A stretch of DNA of 24,168 nucleotides, taken from Candidatus Thorarchaeota archaeon (lineage in GTDB: Archaea; Asgardarchaeota; Thorarchaeia; Thorarchaeales; Thorarchaeaceae). The stretch is from contig JBHLQH010000040.1 of assembly GCA_048884965.1 (NCBI GenBank), forward strand, positions 1 to 24,168, given 5' to 3'. The notes below the pieces were generated by a model, which was not told the DNA's origin, made no database searches, and saw nothing but the letters and a program-made list of their open reading frames with translations. Within the stretch, counting starts at the first letter, position 1. The number at the start of each line of letters is the position of its first letter. Positions 1 to 8,106 of the stretch are shown piece after piece. The position numbers were made by a program, and so were the translations under genes.

Positions 1-15
1 TTTCGCGAGTGCCAT
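1..15 (-). CDS. 5' fragment of an ORF running off the window edge (MALAK...)
   Basis: ATG at 15 on the minus strand, preceded by SD-like GTGAGGT that lies in the end of the 33-aa ORF; only 5 codons visible. Confidence 0.45.
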
Positions 16-20
16 GTTGA

Positions 21-122
21 TTACCTCACAACAGTTGCGTAAGCGTAGCCTACAGCCTTGGTCGAAGCGACCTGTTTCTTCATCTTCACGAATTCAGTTC
101 GGGTATTAGTTGCTAGAGCCAT
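21..122 (-). CDS. 33-aa basic small peptide MALATNTRTEFVKMKKQVASTKAVGYAYATVVR (not in the ORF track)
   Basis: Manual translation ATG(122) to TAA(21); TATATATA 32 nt upstream suggests a near-leaderless transcript; followed by SD plus a second MALA-starting ORF. Confidence 0.55.
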   Translation of the reverse strand: MALATNTRTEFVKMKKQVASTKAVGYAYATVVR

Positions 123-127
123 GATAT

Positions 128-208
128 TTCACAAGTATATGGTAGCAGATTTAGTATATATACCGAAGCCACAAGTTGGGGTCACAGAAGAAGGTCACAT
201 CTTGTGAC
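128..208 (-). promoter_or_regulatory. Candidate outward-facing archaeal promoter: TATATATA (155-162) with phased TGTGAC-like boxes
   Basis: On + strand GTCACA 194-199, GTCACA 181-186, GCCACA 168-173 (13-bp period), TTCACA 128-133, and inverted TGTGAC 203-208. Confidence 0.6.
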
Positions 209-209
209 T
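129..209 (-). repeat. Left copy of 81-bp inverted repeat (partner 24088-24168)
   Basis: 129-199 is the exact reverse complement of 24098-24168; 3 mismatches at 200-202; then 7 more matching bases. Confidence 0.97.
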
Positions 210-425
210 ATGAACCAAGTAGAAAGGGGTGAAGCGTGCTCTCGATATCTATAATCTAGAGCAAGTTGCAATAATCAAGGACTCTCTCTTGCATAATCTC
301 ATGCTTTGATTTGGAAGTAGAATATTACCTACTACGCTGCTTTCAGGGCAAGCTTAGCAAATTGCTTACAGTACCCTATCGGTTAGGTAATATGTGATAG
401 TGTACGACCCAAAAGACGATCGATA

Positions 426-644
426 ATGAATTCTACAAGAATCATAGGAATAGTACTATCTATTATCCTCTTCACAGTCTGGATTTTTGTTGATATGATA
501 TTCTTCCCATCGGTGGGCGAAACGCTCGGATATCCTGTCTTCGAGCTTGTTGCATACGGCTCATGGTTCGTGATAATTCTAATCATCCTTGTGATACTAT
601 CTATGACAGGCAACATTCCGACACGACAAAGCGGGAGTGAATGA
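426..644 (+). CDS. Small membrane protein, 2 predicted TM helices
   Basis: Two long hydrophobic stretches; ATGA overlap with the SDR start. Confidence 0.55.
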   Translation: MNSTRIIGIVLSIILFTVWIFVDMIFFPSVGETLGYPVFELVAYGSWFVIILIILVILSMTGNIPTRQSGSE

Positions 645-1489
645 TATTGTCTATGGCAGGAAAGACCTGTATTGTGACTGGCGCTAATTCAGGCATCGGA
701 AGAGAAACAGCCTTGGGTCTGGCAAAAGAAGGAGCCAAGCTGATCATGCTTGCAAGGAGCAAGCAGAAAGGTGATGAAGCAAGGAAATACATCATCTCTG
801 CATCCAACACTCAAGTTGACCTAATGCTTTGTGATCTTTCCAGTATGACTGAAGTCCGGAGATTCGCAAGAGAGTTCTCTACGAACTATGATAGACTCGA
901 TGTCCTAATCAATAACGCTGGTGCGGTTTTTTCCAAACGTGATGTGACTCCAGAGGGGTTTGAAATGACCTTTGCAGTCAACTATCTTGCTCCATTCTTG
1001 CTAACACATGAATTACTCCCGATTCTGAAATCAAGTGCACCTTCAAGAATCATTAATCTCACATCTGGACTTCATTCCAGAGCTAGAATTGATCTGGATG
1101 ATTTGCAGTCTAAGAGGAAATACAAGGGCATGGATGCATATCAGACCTCCAAGCTTATGGACTTGCTTTTCACTTACAAGCTTGCTAGGGAATTACAGGG
1201 CACTGGCGTTTCCGTCAATGTTGTGTCACCAGGATTTGTTGCGACGAATCTCGGAAGTAGTTCAGGGAGTCGAATGTCAAAGATCATGTTCGGGATGATG
1301 AAACCGTTCCAGTTAAGCCCTGCAGAAGGTGCAGAGACCTCCATCTATGTTGCAACCTCGTCGGAACTAGAGGGAGTGACAGGAAGGCACTTTGCCAAGT
1401 GCCAAGATAAGGACACATCTGATGAATCGTACGATACTGACTTGCAAGATGAGCTATGGAATCGAACAATCGAGATTCTCGGACTCTAG
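641..1489 (+). CDS. Short-chain dehydrogenase/reductase, retinol dehydrogenase/WWOX-like subgroup
   Basis: TGANSGIG Rossmann motif, INNAG, FAVNYLAPFLLT, catalytic YQTSK (YxxxK), PGFVAT. Confidence 0.95.
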   Translation: MILSMAGKTCIVTGANSGIGRETALGLAKEGAKLIMLARSKQKGDEARKYIISASNTQVDLMLCDLSSMTEVRRFAREFSTNYDRLDVLINNAGAVFSKRDVTPEGFEMTFAVNYLAPFLLTHELLPILKSSAPSRIINLTSGLHSRARIDLDDLQSKRKYKGMDAYQTSKLMDLLFTYKLARELQGTGVSVNVVSPGFVATNLGSSSGSRMSKIMFGMMKPFQLSPAEGAETSIYVATSSELEGVTGRHFAKCQDKDTSDESYDTDLQDELWNRTIEILGL

Positions 1490-1564
1490 ACTGATTATGG
1501 GCATGCCGAAGAACCCTTAAGGGATCACATCCAATATTAACTATAGTTCATACGAGGCTTTCGT

Positions 1565-2008
1565 ATGTGTGAAGTAGAAGAATCAATAGTGCACTCAACA
1601 CTTGTACGGGCCAGTCCCGAGGCAGTCTATGATGCAATGACAACATCCGACGCACTCGATGGATGGTTCACTACAGGTGCTGAAGTGAATCTAAAGCCTG
1701 GAGGTCACATCAAGTTTCGGTGGAAGGATTGGGGTGCTGATAAGGCGACCTCTGAGGATGGAGGTCCAGTGATAGAGGCAGACCGTCCAAGGAGATTTGT
1801 GTTCAAGTGGTTTCCAGCTGGTGACAGCTACAGTACAACTGTAGAGATGGACTTCGAACCGACAGAGGACGGAACAGTCATTCGCCTCAAGGAGTGTGGC
1901 TATAGAGACGACCCTCGAAGTAAGAGAGCGATGCTTGCGTGCGCAACGGGGTGGGGTGAGGCTCTAACTCTACTCAAATTCTATGTAGAGCATGGGCATC
2001 GATACTAG
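1565..2008 (+). CDS. SRPBCC/AHSA1 (START-like) ligand-binding domain protein
   Basis: ASPEAVYDAMT..L..WF, 'PRRFVFKW', 'T.I.L.E.G', C-terminal GW...L..LK helix. Confidence 0.9.
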   Translation: MCEVEESIVHSTLVRASPEAVYDAMTTSDALDGWFTTGAEVNLKPGGHIKFRWKDWGADKATSEDGGPVIEADRPRRFVFKWFPAGDSYSTTVEMDFEPTEDGTVIRLKECGYRDDPRSKRAMLACATGWGEALTLLKFYVEHGHRY

Positions 2009-2066
2009 TATCATGTGTTATGCACAACACTCTTGAGCTGTCGCTTGCTAGGTTCAAATGACCTAG

Positions 2067-2633
2067 ATGAAAAACCAGCAGGAACTGACGCAAGAAGCAC
2101 AAGAGATTCTTAGTCAACTGGACCTTCTCAACCTTCTTGGGAAATATGGAGAAACAAGAGTAGTTGGTAGTGTAGTCTTGGAGCTACTTGTAAAGTTAGA
2201 TTTGGATTTGCATGTCCTGCTATCTACATACCCTCTCATGGAATCAGTGAATAGGATTACAACCGAGTTGCTTGACCATCAACACATCAATGAAGTGAGA
2301 ATCTCAGACTACCGCCCAGAAGGAGTGAAGATTGGGATTGATGAATGTCCAAGTGTTTCTGGTAATTGGACGATAGACATATGGCTCACCAATGATGTAT
2401 CAACGACCGCATTTGGTCACGCGGAGCGCATACTTGCTGAGTTGACTCTTGAAAAGCGCGAGAGAATTCTATCTTTGAAGGAACACTATCACAGACAGGG
2501 TAGGTTGCGTAATGGAATTAGTACGTTGATCTATCAGGCAGTCCTAGATGGAATAACTAATGTGAGAGATTTCGAAAGGAGTCCTGCATATCTGAAATAT
2601 CTTGAGAAACAGGGGAAAGTTGGAACAAAATGA
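2067..2633 (+). CDS. Pol-beta superfamily nucleotidyltransferase-like protein
   Basis: VGS-x9-DLD signature and a third Asp in WTIDIW; helical C-terminus. Confidence 0.65.
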   Translation: MKNQQELTQEAQEILSQLDLLNLLGKYGETRVVGSVVLELLVKLDLDLHVLLSTYPLMESVNRITTELLDHQHINEVRISDYRPEGVKIGIDECPSVSGNWTIDIWLTNDVSTTAFGHAERILAELTLEKRERILSLKEHYHRQGRLRNGISTLIYQAVLDGITNVRDFERSPAYLKYLEKQGKVGTK

Positions 2634-3673
2634 CTGTCAAATTCAATAGATCTGGAACTGAAGCGCTCCTTGATAAATTGAACATTATTGCTGGAGGACA
2701 ATCCCTGTCACAGAGAGATATCAATGAAATCATGAGCAATCGTGTTGTGGATATATGGATTAAGGCCTATGAGTCGTGGATACCAGATGCACGAGCTGAT
2801 TTTGAGAGAGTTCTTGCCAATCTGCAAGAAGACTCGCCAAAAGGTCTTAGTGACTGGGGTGTCCACATAGATAATGGTATGCGTTCTGCGATTGAGAACT
2901 TGGAGAGAATGCAGGCAAATCTTACCTTTCTTTCGGAGTTCAACTGGCCTCAGGCTGAATGGCATGCCCTCAAGTTTCTTCCACAAGGCACTCATATAAA
3001 CGTCGATATCTTTGCTACAGTCGATGGTTTCAACGGGGGCATGTTTAGACCCGGGAAGGTCTTCATCTCTCTTCTATATATGAGTCCATCAAAGCTTGAC
3101 GCTAGTAATTTCAGTCATGAGTTTCATCATAGCGGTTTCGATTTCTGGTGGAAGAAAGCTCCATTCTATGTGAGATCCAATGAACAGAAAGATACAGCGG
3201 AATATTGGGCTCTTAGGTTATTCGAGTATCTAATTAGTGAAGGACTAGCGAATGCATTCTGTTCTCCCACAGCGATTGAGAAGGTGGAGGGAAATTCAGA
3301 GCGGATCATTGTGCATAATGAGATTATACAGGAGTATGAAGATCGATGGGATGAGTTCCATTCCATGTTGGATGGACTCATCCGTAGAATCACCTCAGGA
3401 AACATTGTGAATATCAAAGAAGAATACAATAAACTCACGATGGATCTGTCAGGGAGAGGGCTTCCAATAGGTCATTTCTTCTCTGGACGGATGATTAGGG
3501 AAATGGATAGATCTCGGATAGTACAGCGTGAGCAAATCATCGAGCTTGTGAGAGGGCCATTCTCATTCTTCAAACTCTACAATACGGCTGCAAAAGAGAG
3601 GGGATTGAAGGAGTTCTCAAAGGACCTACTTCAGAATCTAGATTCACTTATAGCGAAATTGGCAGAGAGTTAG
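2630..3673 (+). CDS. Putative Zn-dependent gluzincin peptidase (DUF5700/DUF2268-like)
   Basis: HEFHH (HExxH) plus downstream SEGLA third ligand; ATGA-coupled to the previous gene. Confidence 0.75.
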   Translation: MTVKFNRSGTEALLDKLNIIAGGQSLSQRDINEIMSNRVVDIWIKAYESWIPDARADFERVLANLQEDSPKGLSDWGVHIDNGMRSAIENLERMQANLTFLSEFNWPQAEWHALKFLPQGTHINVDIFATVDGFNGGMFRPGKVFISLLYMSPSKLDASNFSHEFHHSGFDFWWKKAPFYVRSNEQKDTAEYWALRLFEYLISEGLANAFCSPTAIEKVEGNSERIIVHNEIIQEYEDRWDEFHSMLDGLIRRITSGNIVNIKEEYNKLTMDLSGRGLPIGHFFSGRMIREMDRSRIVQREQIIELVRGPFSFFKLYNTAAKERGLKEFSKDLLQNLDSLIAKLAES

Positions 3674-3684
3674 CTGTGAGATAA

Positions 3685-4206
3685 TTGCCATTCACTCCTT
3701 TCCATTTCGGACCTGCCTTACTTGCGGGGATGATTCTATTCCCCTTTTTCGATATTGCAGCACTTATGATATGTAGTGTGATTCTTGACGTAGAGCCGCT
3801 TCTAGTCTTGGTTCTTGAGCTTGGAGGTCCATTACATGGTATAGCTCATACGTATCTTGTTGCCACTATAGTCGCTATAATCGTAAGCGTTGTTCTCTGG
3901 GTCCTGCGAAATCCTATCTCCGCTCTCATCTTGATATTTGGAATCGAGCAAGAGCCAAAGAAAATTCGGATTCTCGTTGCGGGTCTTTTCGGGACCTATT
4001 CTCACGTCTTTATGGACTCCTTTCTATACTCTGAGATGAACCCATTCTTTCCGATGCTTGGAAATCCATTCCTTGGGCTATTCGCATCTAGTATGCTCTA
4101 TCAATTCTGTACCTATTGTGGGATTATAGGTATCTTACTCTTCTTTGTTCGATTCTGTATTATGACCAAAAGAGATTCAACTATAGGTATTGAGAATCCC
4201 TGGTAG
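3685..4206 (+). CDS. Membrane-bound metal-dependent hydrolase-like protein (YdjM/DUF4184-like)
   Basis: MPFTPFH start, D.EP, HG..HT, SHVFMD motifs, several TM helices; TTG start. Confidence 0.75.
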   Translation: MPFTPFHFGPALLAGMILFPFFDIAALMICSVILDVEPLLVLVLELGGPLHGIAHTYLVATIVAIIVSVVLWVLRNPISALILIFGIEQEPKKIRILVAGLFGTYSHVFMDSFLYSEMNPFFPMLGNPFLGLFASSMLYQFCTYCGIIGILLFFVRFCIMTKRDSTIGIENPW

Positions 4207-4219
4207 AAGATGGAATCTC

Positions 4220-4344
4220 ACTGTGTATTATGCTATACTGTATATTGCACACCCCACAAGATTTATATACAAATGATGTACAGTACTAAGTAACGCACAG
4301 TATAATGTGTTACATGATAAGGTGTATCGTACAATGATAAGTGT
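4220..4344 (+). promoter_or_regulatory. padR promoter: TTTATATA (4262-4269) flanked by candidate operator repeats
   Basis: ACTGTGTATTA (4220-4230) inverted against TAACGCACAGT (4291-4301), 9/11; imperfect direct repeat TACATGATAAGGTGT / TACAATGATAAGTGT (4311-4344). Confidence 0.45.
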
Positions 4345-4377
4345 TCAAGGAAACGACAATTATGCGGGTGGTGCCCC

Positions 4378-4746
4378 ATGAGTACCGAGTCCAAGAAGGC
4401 ACTCGAGGAATTCGAGCGCTGGAGCAAGGAAGTAAAGCGAGGTGCAGCCTCTTTGGCTATCCTTGCGGTCCTTGAGGAGCAGGAAGCCTATGGGTATGAG
4501 ATTGTGAATCAGCTAAGCTACAGGGTATCGTTCTTGCAGCTTGAGCAAGGAACTGTCTACCCGCTACTGAGACGGCTAGAACAGAGAGGTCTCTTGAACA
4601 GCCGATGGGATCAACACGATCCTGCAAAGCCAAAGAAATACTACGGTCTCACTTATGATGGTAGAAGAGCTTTGGACATGATGATGGAAACATGGTCTGT
4701 GCTATCTGAAGAAATGAACAAACTAAGTAAAGGAGTTGAAGCATAA
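4378..4746 (+). CDS. PadR family transcriptional regulator
   Basis: YGYEI, GTVYPLLRRLE..GLL, KKYY.LT.G wHTH motifs; SD GGTGGTG. Confidence 0.95.
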   Translation: MSTESKKALEEFERWSKEVKRGAASLAILAVLEEQEAYGYEIVNQLSYRVSFLQLEQGTVYPLLRRLEQRGLLNSRWDQHDPAKPKKYYGLTYDGRRALDMMMETWSVLSEEMNKLSKGVEA

Positions 4747-5838
4747 ATGGCGGACAAGCCTATTGATTTGATTGAGAAGTATTTGGAACGTGTACAGGTA
4801 TACCTCCCCCTAGGAAGCGAGGAGATACTTACTGAGATTAGGACCCACCTCATTGAGGAGGCAGAAAGCCTCGGGCGTGGTCAACTGACCCATGGCTCTG
4901 CCATGCTGGCTATCGAACGGTTTGGCGATCCGAAGGATGCGGCCAACGAATGGGCTGGAACTGGTAAGAAGGTCGGACCTGTACCAGCTGAGTATGCTAC
5001 TCCCCTTGTGAAGATAGCGTTGACATTGATAGCACTAGGAACAGTCTTTGTCGCTGGAGCTGCTATCGTAAGCTATTCAGTCCCAGGTTTCTGGGGCATG
5101 GTTGACTTTGGCTGGAGGATAGGAATGATGGTTGCGATGTCATTACTCTATGCATTCATCATCATTGGAAGTCTCTCCTATCTAGAAGGTAGGGGTAAGC
5201 CTCCTACAGAGAAGACCACGCTGGAAAGTGTTCTTGGTGTTGCAAGTGGTGCATTCAAGCCTAAACCCCGGTCTGATGCTGGTGCTGGATTCTTCTTTGG
5301 AATCATCTTTGCCGCTCTAGTGTTCTCTCCATTCATTCAAGGCATTCTCACCGCTGAAGCACTCCTCTTCGCTAACGTCTTTGCAACCCTGTTGTTGCTA
5401 GAGGCTATCGTCAACTTGATGTTCTTCCTAGTCGGGGAGAATAATGTGAATCTCTCCATGGAAGCTATCATCGGAGGGGCATGGGTAGTTCTGTCCATGT
5501 TCCTGATCAACATAGCATTCCCATTGATTGGATTCTACAATAACACCAACGGGGTCTGGACCTACATGACCTTTGAGGAACTGTTCCAGCTAGCCCCCGA
5601 ATTAGAGATCTTCCTCCCCCTGAATCTGATTTGGGTCTTCGTGGTGTTCATCATCGTCATCACGAACCTTTGGACCGTACTGATGGCCCTTATGAAGATC
5701 CCAATGTACCGCCAGGCTGGTAAAGGCTGGTGGTGGCAAGGCGAGTGGGGTCAGAAGCGATGGAAGAAGTACCAGAAGAAGGACCGTCGTCCAGCTGACA
5801 CAGTCCGAGAGGATGGCTACACCTCTTCCAACTACTAG
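4747..5838 (+). CDS. Multi-pass membrane protein with N-terminal HAAS-like helical domain
   Basis: IEKYL..V..YLP...EI..EIRTHL.E...AIERFGDP.. N-terminus typical of PadR-linked partners; about 6 TM; adjacent to padR stop. Confidence 0.75.
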   Translation: MADKPIDLIEKYLERVQVYLPLGSEEILTEIRTHLIEEAESLGRGQLTHGSAMLAIERFGDPKDAANEWAGTGKKVGPVPAEYATPLVKIALTLIALGTVFVAGAAIVSYSVPGFWGMVDFGWRIGMMVAMSLLYAFIIIGSLSYLEGRGKPPTEKTTLESVLGVASGAFKPKPRSDAGAGFFFGIIFAALVFSPFIQGILTAEALLFANVFATLLLLEAIVNLMFFLVGENNVNLSMEAIIGGAWVVLSMFLINIAFPLIGFYNNTNGVWTYMTFEELFQLAPELEIFLPLNLIWVFVVFIIVITNLWTVLMALMKIPMYRQAGKGWWWQGEWGQKRWKKYQKKDRRPADTVREDGYTSSNY

Positions 5839-5848
5839 TACAGACTTT

Positions 5849-5883
5849 GGGAGCATCGTGATGCTCCCTCTCTCTCTTTTTTT
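5849..5883 (+). terminator. Hairpin plus pyrimidine/U tract terminator
   Basis: GGGAGCATC-GT-GATGCTCCC perfect 9-bp inverted repeat followed by TCTCTCTCTTTTTTT, 10 nt after the stop. Confidence 0.8.
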
Positions 5884-5956
5884 CAATTCGATTTCACTGT
5901 AGCTGCTCTAATCCGTTCAGTTTTATTTCACAGAATAGTCTAATACTTGGATAATA

Positions 5957-7879
5957 ATGAGATTGCGTCTGCAGGCATTAATCATCCTCATACTTGTGCT
6001 CCTAGTTTCATTCCCATATTCAGGAGATGCCTACCCTATATCAACTGATACATCATTTAGAAGTTCAGAGATCTACGAGTCACAAGAACTACTACCTGAC
6101 CCAGCATTTACAATGGAGCCTGCCTATTCCATTCAAGGATCATCTGAGGAGTTTTCGTTCAACTACAAGAATTCGTCATCAGATAACAACGGAGGTGTTG
6201 TTTCCTTGAATTGGACTCATGTTCCAGGAACAGAGCTGGCCTTTGACATGAGAGGATCTTTTCCTGAATGTCAAGAATTCGTATATTTCACCCAAGAGTT
6301 CACATGGGACTTGCACATATTACCAGCAAGTCTGAATCTATCACTAAGATATCAAGTAACTAGAACTGACAGATTCCTGACTGAGTATTCATTAGGATTG
6401 TTCGAGATTAGATTTTGGTTCATTCATCCAGATGGAATCTGGCGTGAGATTGCAACATTTGGGGGCGGCCATGAGTTCTATAGATCGAATTCTCACACAA
6501 TTTCTCGGATATACTTCGCTGATTTGTTTGAGAAGCTCATGACTGGAAGTGATCAAAATTTCTTGCCTGCTGCAAAACTCGCAATTGGTCTAGTTCCAAC
6601 CTGGCGATTCCAAGAGGATAATGGGATACAGTTATGGAGAGAGTTCAATGGATCAATTATCCTAGATATCACTGAGATGGGATTGAGCTCGCTCCATAGA
6701 CGATCGGATACAAGGGTTGAAGTTGAAACACCTGCATTCAATAACTCGTGGCAAGTTGGCAGCTCAGACTCGTTTAGAGATTCGTTCATAGCATCCGATG
6801 ATAGTCTGTATGTACTTACAGTTGGAGAGGTTGCCGGAATGGACTTTGGATCAACTTTGACCAGAGTTGGATTCCGCGGAAATGAGATTTGGAGCAGGAT
6901 TTGGAAAGTATCTGAGGGCATGCTGGCACAATCAGTCGCAGCTACTCCAGACAATGTCTATATTATTGGAACCGTGTATGGTCCCGGACCAAGCTCTGAT
7001 GTTGGAGTCTATGCCCTAGATGTGAATGGCGATCCGCTCTGGAATATCACTCTTGATTATTCTGAGAGTGATTATCCCGGTGATGTTGGTATAAATTCAG
7101 CAGGTGAGATATTCATAGGTATCTCAACTGGACTCTATCCAGAACGAGATGTTCTTATCAAATTGGATAGTACTGGTGAACTACTGTGGGAGGTGTACTT
7201 TGGCTCACCCCATTCGGATCGAGTACAGGATGTTGAGGTCTGTAAAAATGGAAACATCTACACCCGTACGGAACATCTTCTTTCTTTATGGGCCGACGAT
7301 GGCCAAAACCTCTGGTCTAAGATAGGGCGTTTTGATGATGCATATGCTCTTGAGAATGGGAATGTGCTAACTACGAATCCCATATCCTATGGATCGATAG
7401 AGCTAACCTGTTATAATATGGAAGGAAACCAAGAGTGGTCTTCAATTTTTGACGTGAAATACACACAAAACTGGTGGGATTTCGTCACCATCTCGTCAGC
7501 AATGGATGGGCACAATGATACTCTCTTCGTACTTCTTTGGACATATGGAATACATCCAGGACGTTTCCTTTTGCACCTTGACAGCAGTGGCAACCAATTG
7601 CATAATAAAACTCTCTCATTCAGTGAAGATCCCTATGATGTTTACAGGATTCCGCAATATTATGATATGTACATGGCTTCCAATGGATTACTTTATCTTG
7701 TTGGAGAGTATCTGAATCATAATTGGGATTATTCAATAATTATCGGTGTCTATGACTTTGAGGGAGTTGTTTTGGGCATGGTAAACTCGACTCTAATTAA
7801 TTCCTCTGTTGCATTCGTACTTGTGATCGTAGTTTTGATCAGTTTCGAATCGAAAAGAAGAATCTCACATATGGATTGA
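5957..7879 (+). CDS. Secreted, C-terminally anchored protein with probable beta-propeller
   Basis: N-terminal signal helix; repeated G(N/D/E/Q)xxW blade motifs (GNEIW, GDPLW, GELLW, GQNLW, GNQEW); C-terminal TM plus KRR. Confidence 0.75.
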   Translation: MRLRLQALIILILVLLVSFPYSGDAYPISTDTSFRSSEIYESQELLPDPAFTMEPAYSIQGSSEEFSFNYKNSSSDNNGGVVSLNWTHVPGTELAFDMRGSFPECQEFVYFTQEFTWDLHILPASLNLSLRYQVTRTDRFLTEYSLGLFEIRFWFIHPDGIWREIATFGGGHEFYRSNSHTISRIYFADLFEKLMTGSDQNFLPAAKLAIGLVPTWRFQEDNGIQLWREFNGSIILDITEMGLSSLHRRSDTRVEVETPAFNNSWQVGSSDSFRDSFIASDDSLYVLTVGEVAGMDFGSTLTRVGFRGNEIWSRIWKVSEGMLAQSVAATPDNVYIIGTVYGPGPSSDVGVYALDVNGDPLWNITLDYSESDYPGDVGINSAGEIFIGISTGLYPERDVLIKLDSTGELLWEVYFGSPHSDRVQDVEVCKNGNIYTRTEHLLSLWADDGQNLWSKIGRFDDAYALENGNVLTTNPISYGSIELTCYNMEGNQEWSSIFDVKYTQNWWDFVTISSAMDGHNDTLFVLLWTYGIHPGRFLLHLDSSGNQLHNKTLSFSEDPYDVYRIPQYYDMYMASNGLLYLVGEYLNHNWDYSIIIGVYDFEGVVLGMVNSTLINSSVAFVLVIVVLISFESKRRISHMD

Positions 7880-8106
7880 ATCGATATGCAACACCTTGAA
7901 CATTCATAGCCATTCATTGCACAACTACCGTTCCATCATTTAAACCCTCTATTTAAATCGATTTAGAATGCCATTTGAACTAAATTGAACCATCATAAAA
8001 CTTATTCATGGATTATGGGATTTATGATATCTATTAGGTTTCAGAATTCTGCATTCTTCTTAACCATTGTTATATATAGAACCGAGAAGGCTGTTTCGGT
8101 GATTCA

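Noticed and set aside
128-209. CRISPR array or tRNA in the terminal repeat
   Set aside because: Repeat units are 6-7 bp at a 13-bp period with no spacer-sized gaps; no cloverleaf or T-loop consensus seen.
1487-1567. Amber readthrough fusing SDR to SRPBCC (same frame)
   Set aside because: An in-frame TAA lies in the 75-nt gap; the other TAG junctions checked (2008, 3673, 14361, 16036, 22343) are out of frame with the next gene.
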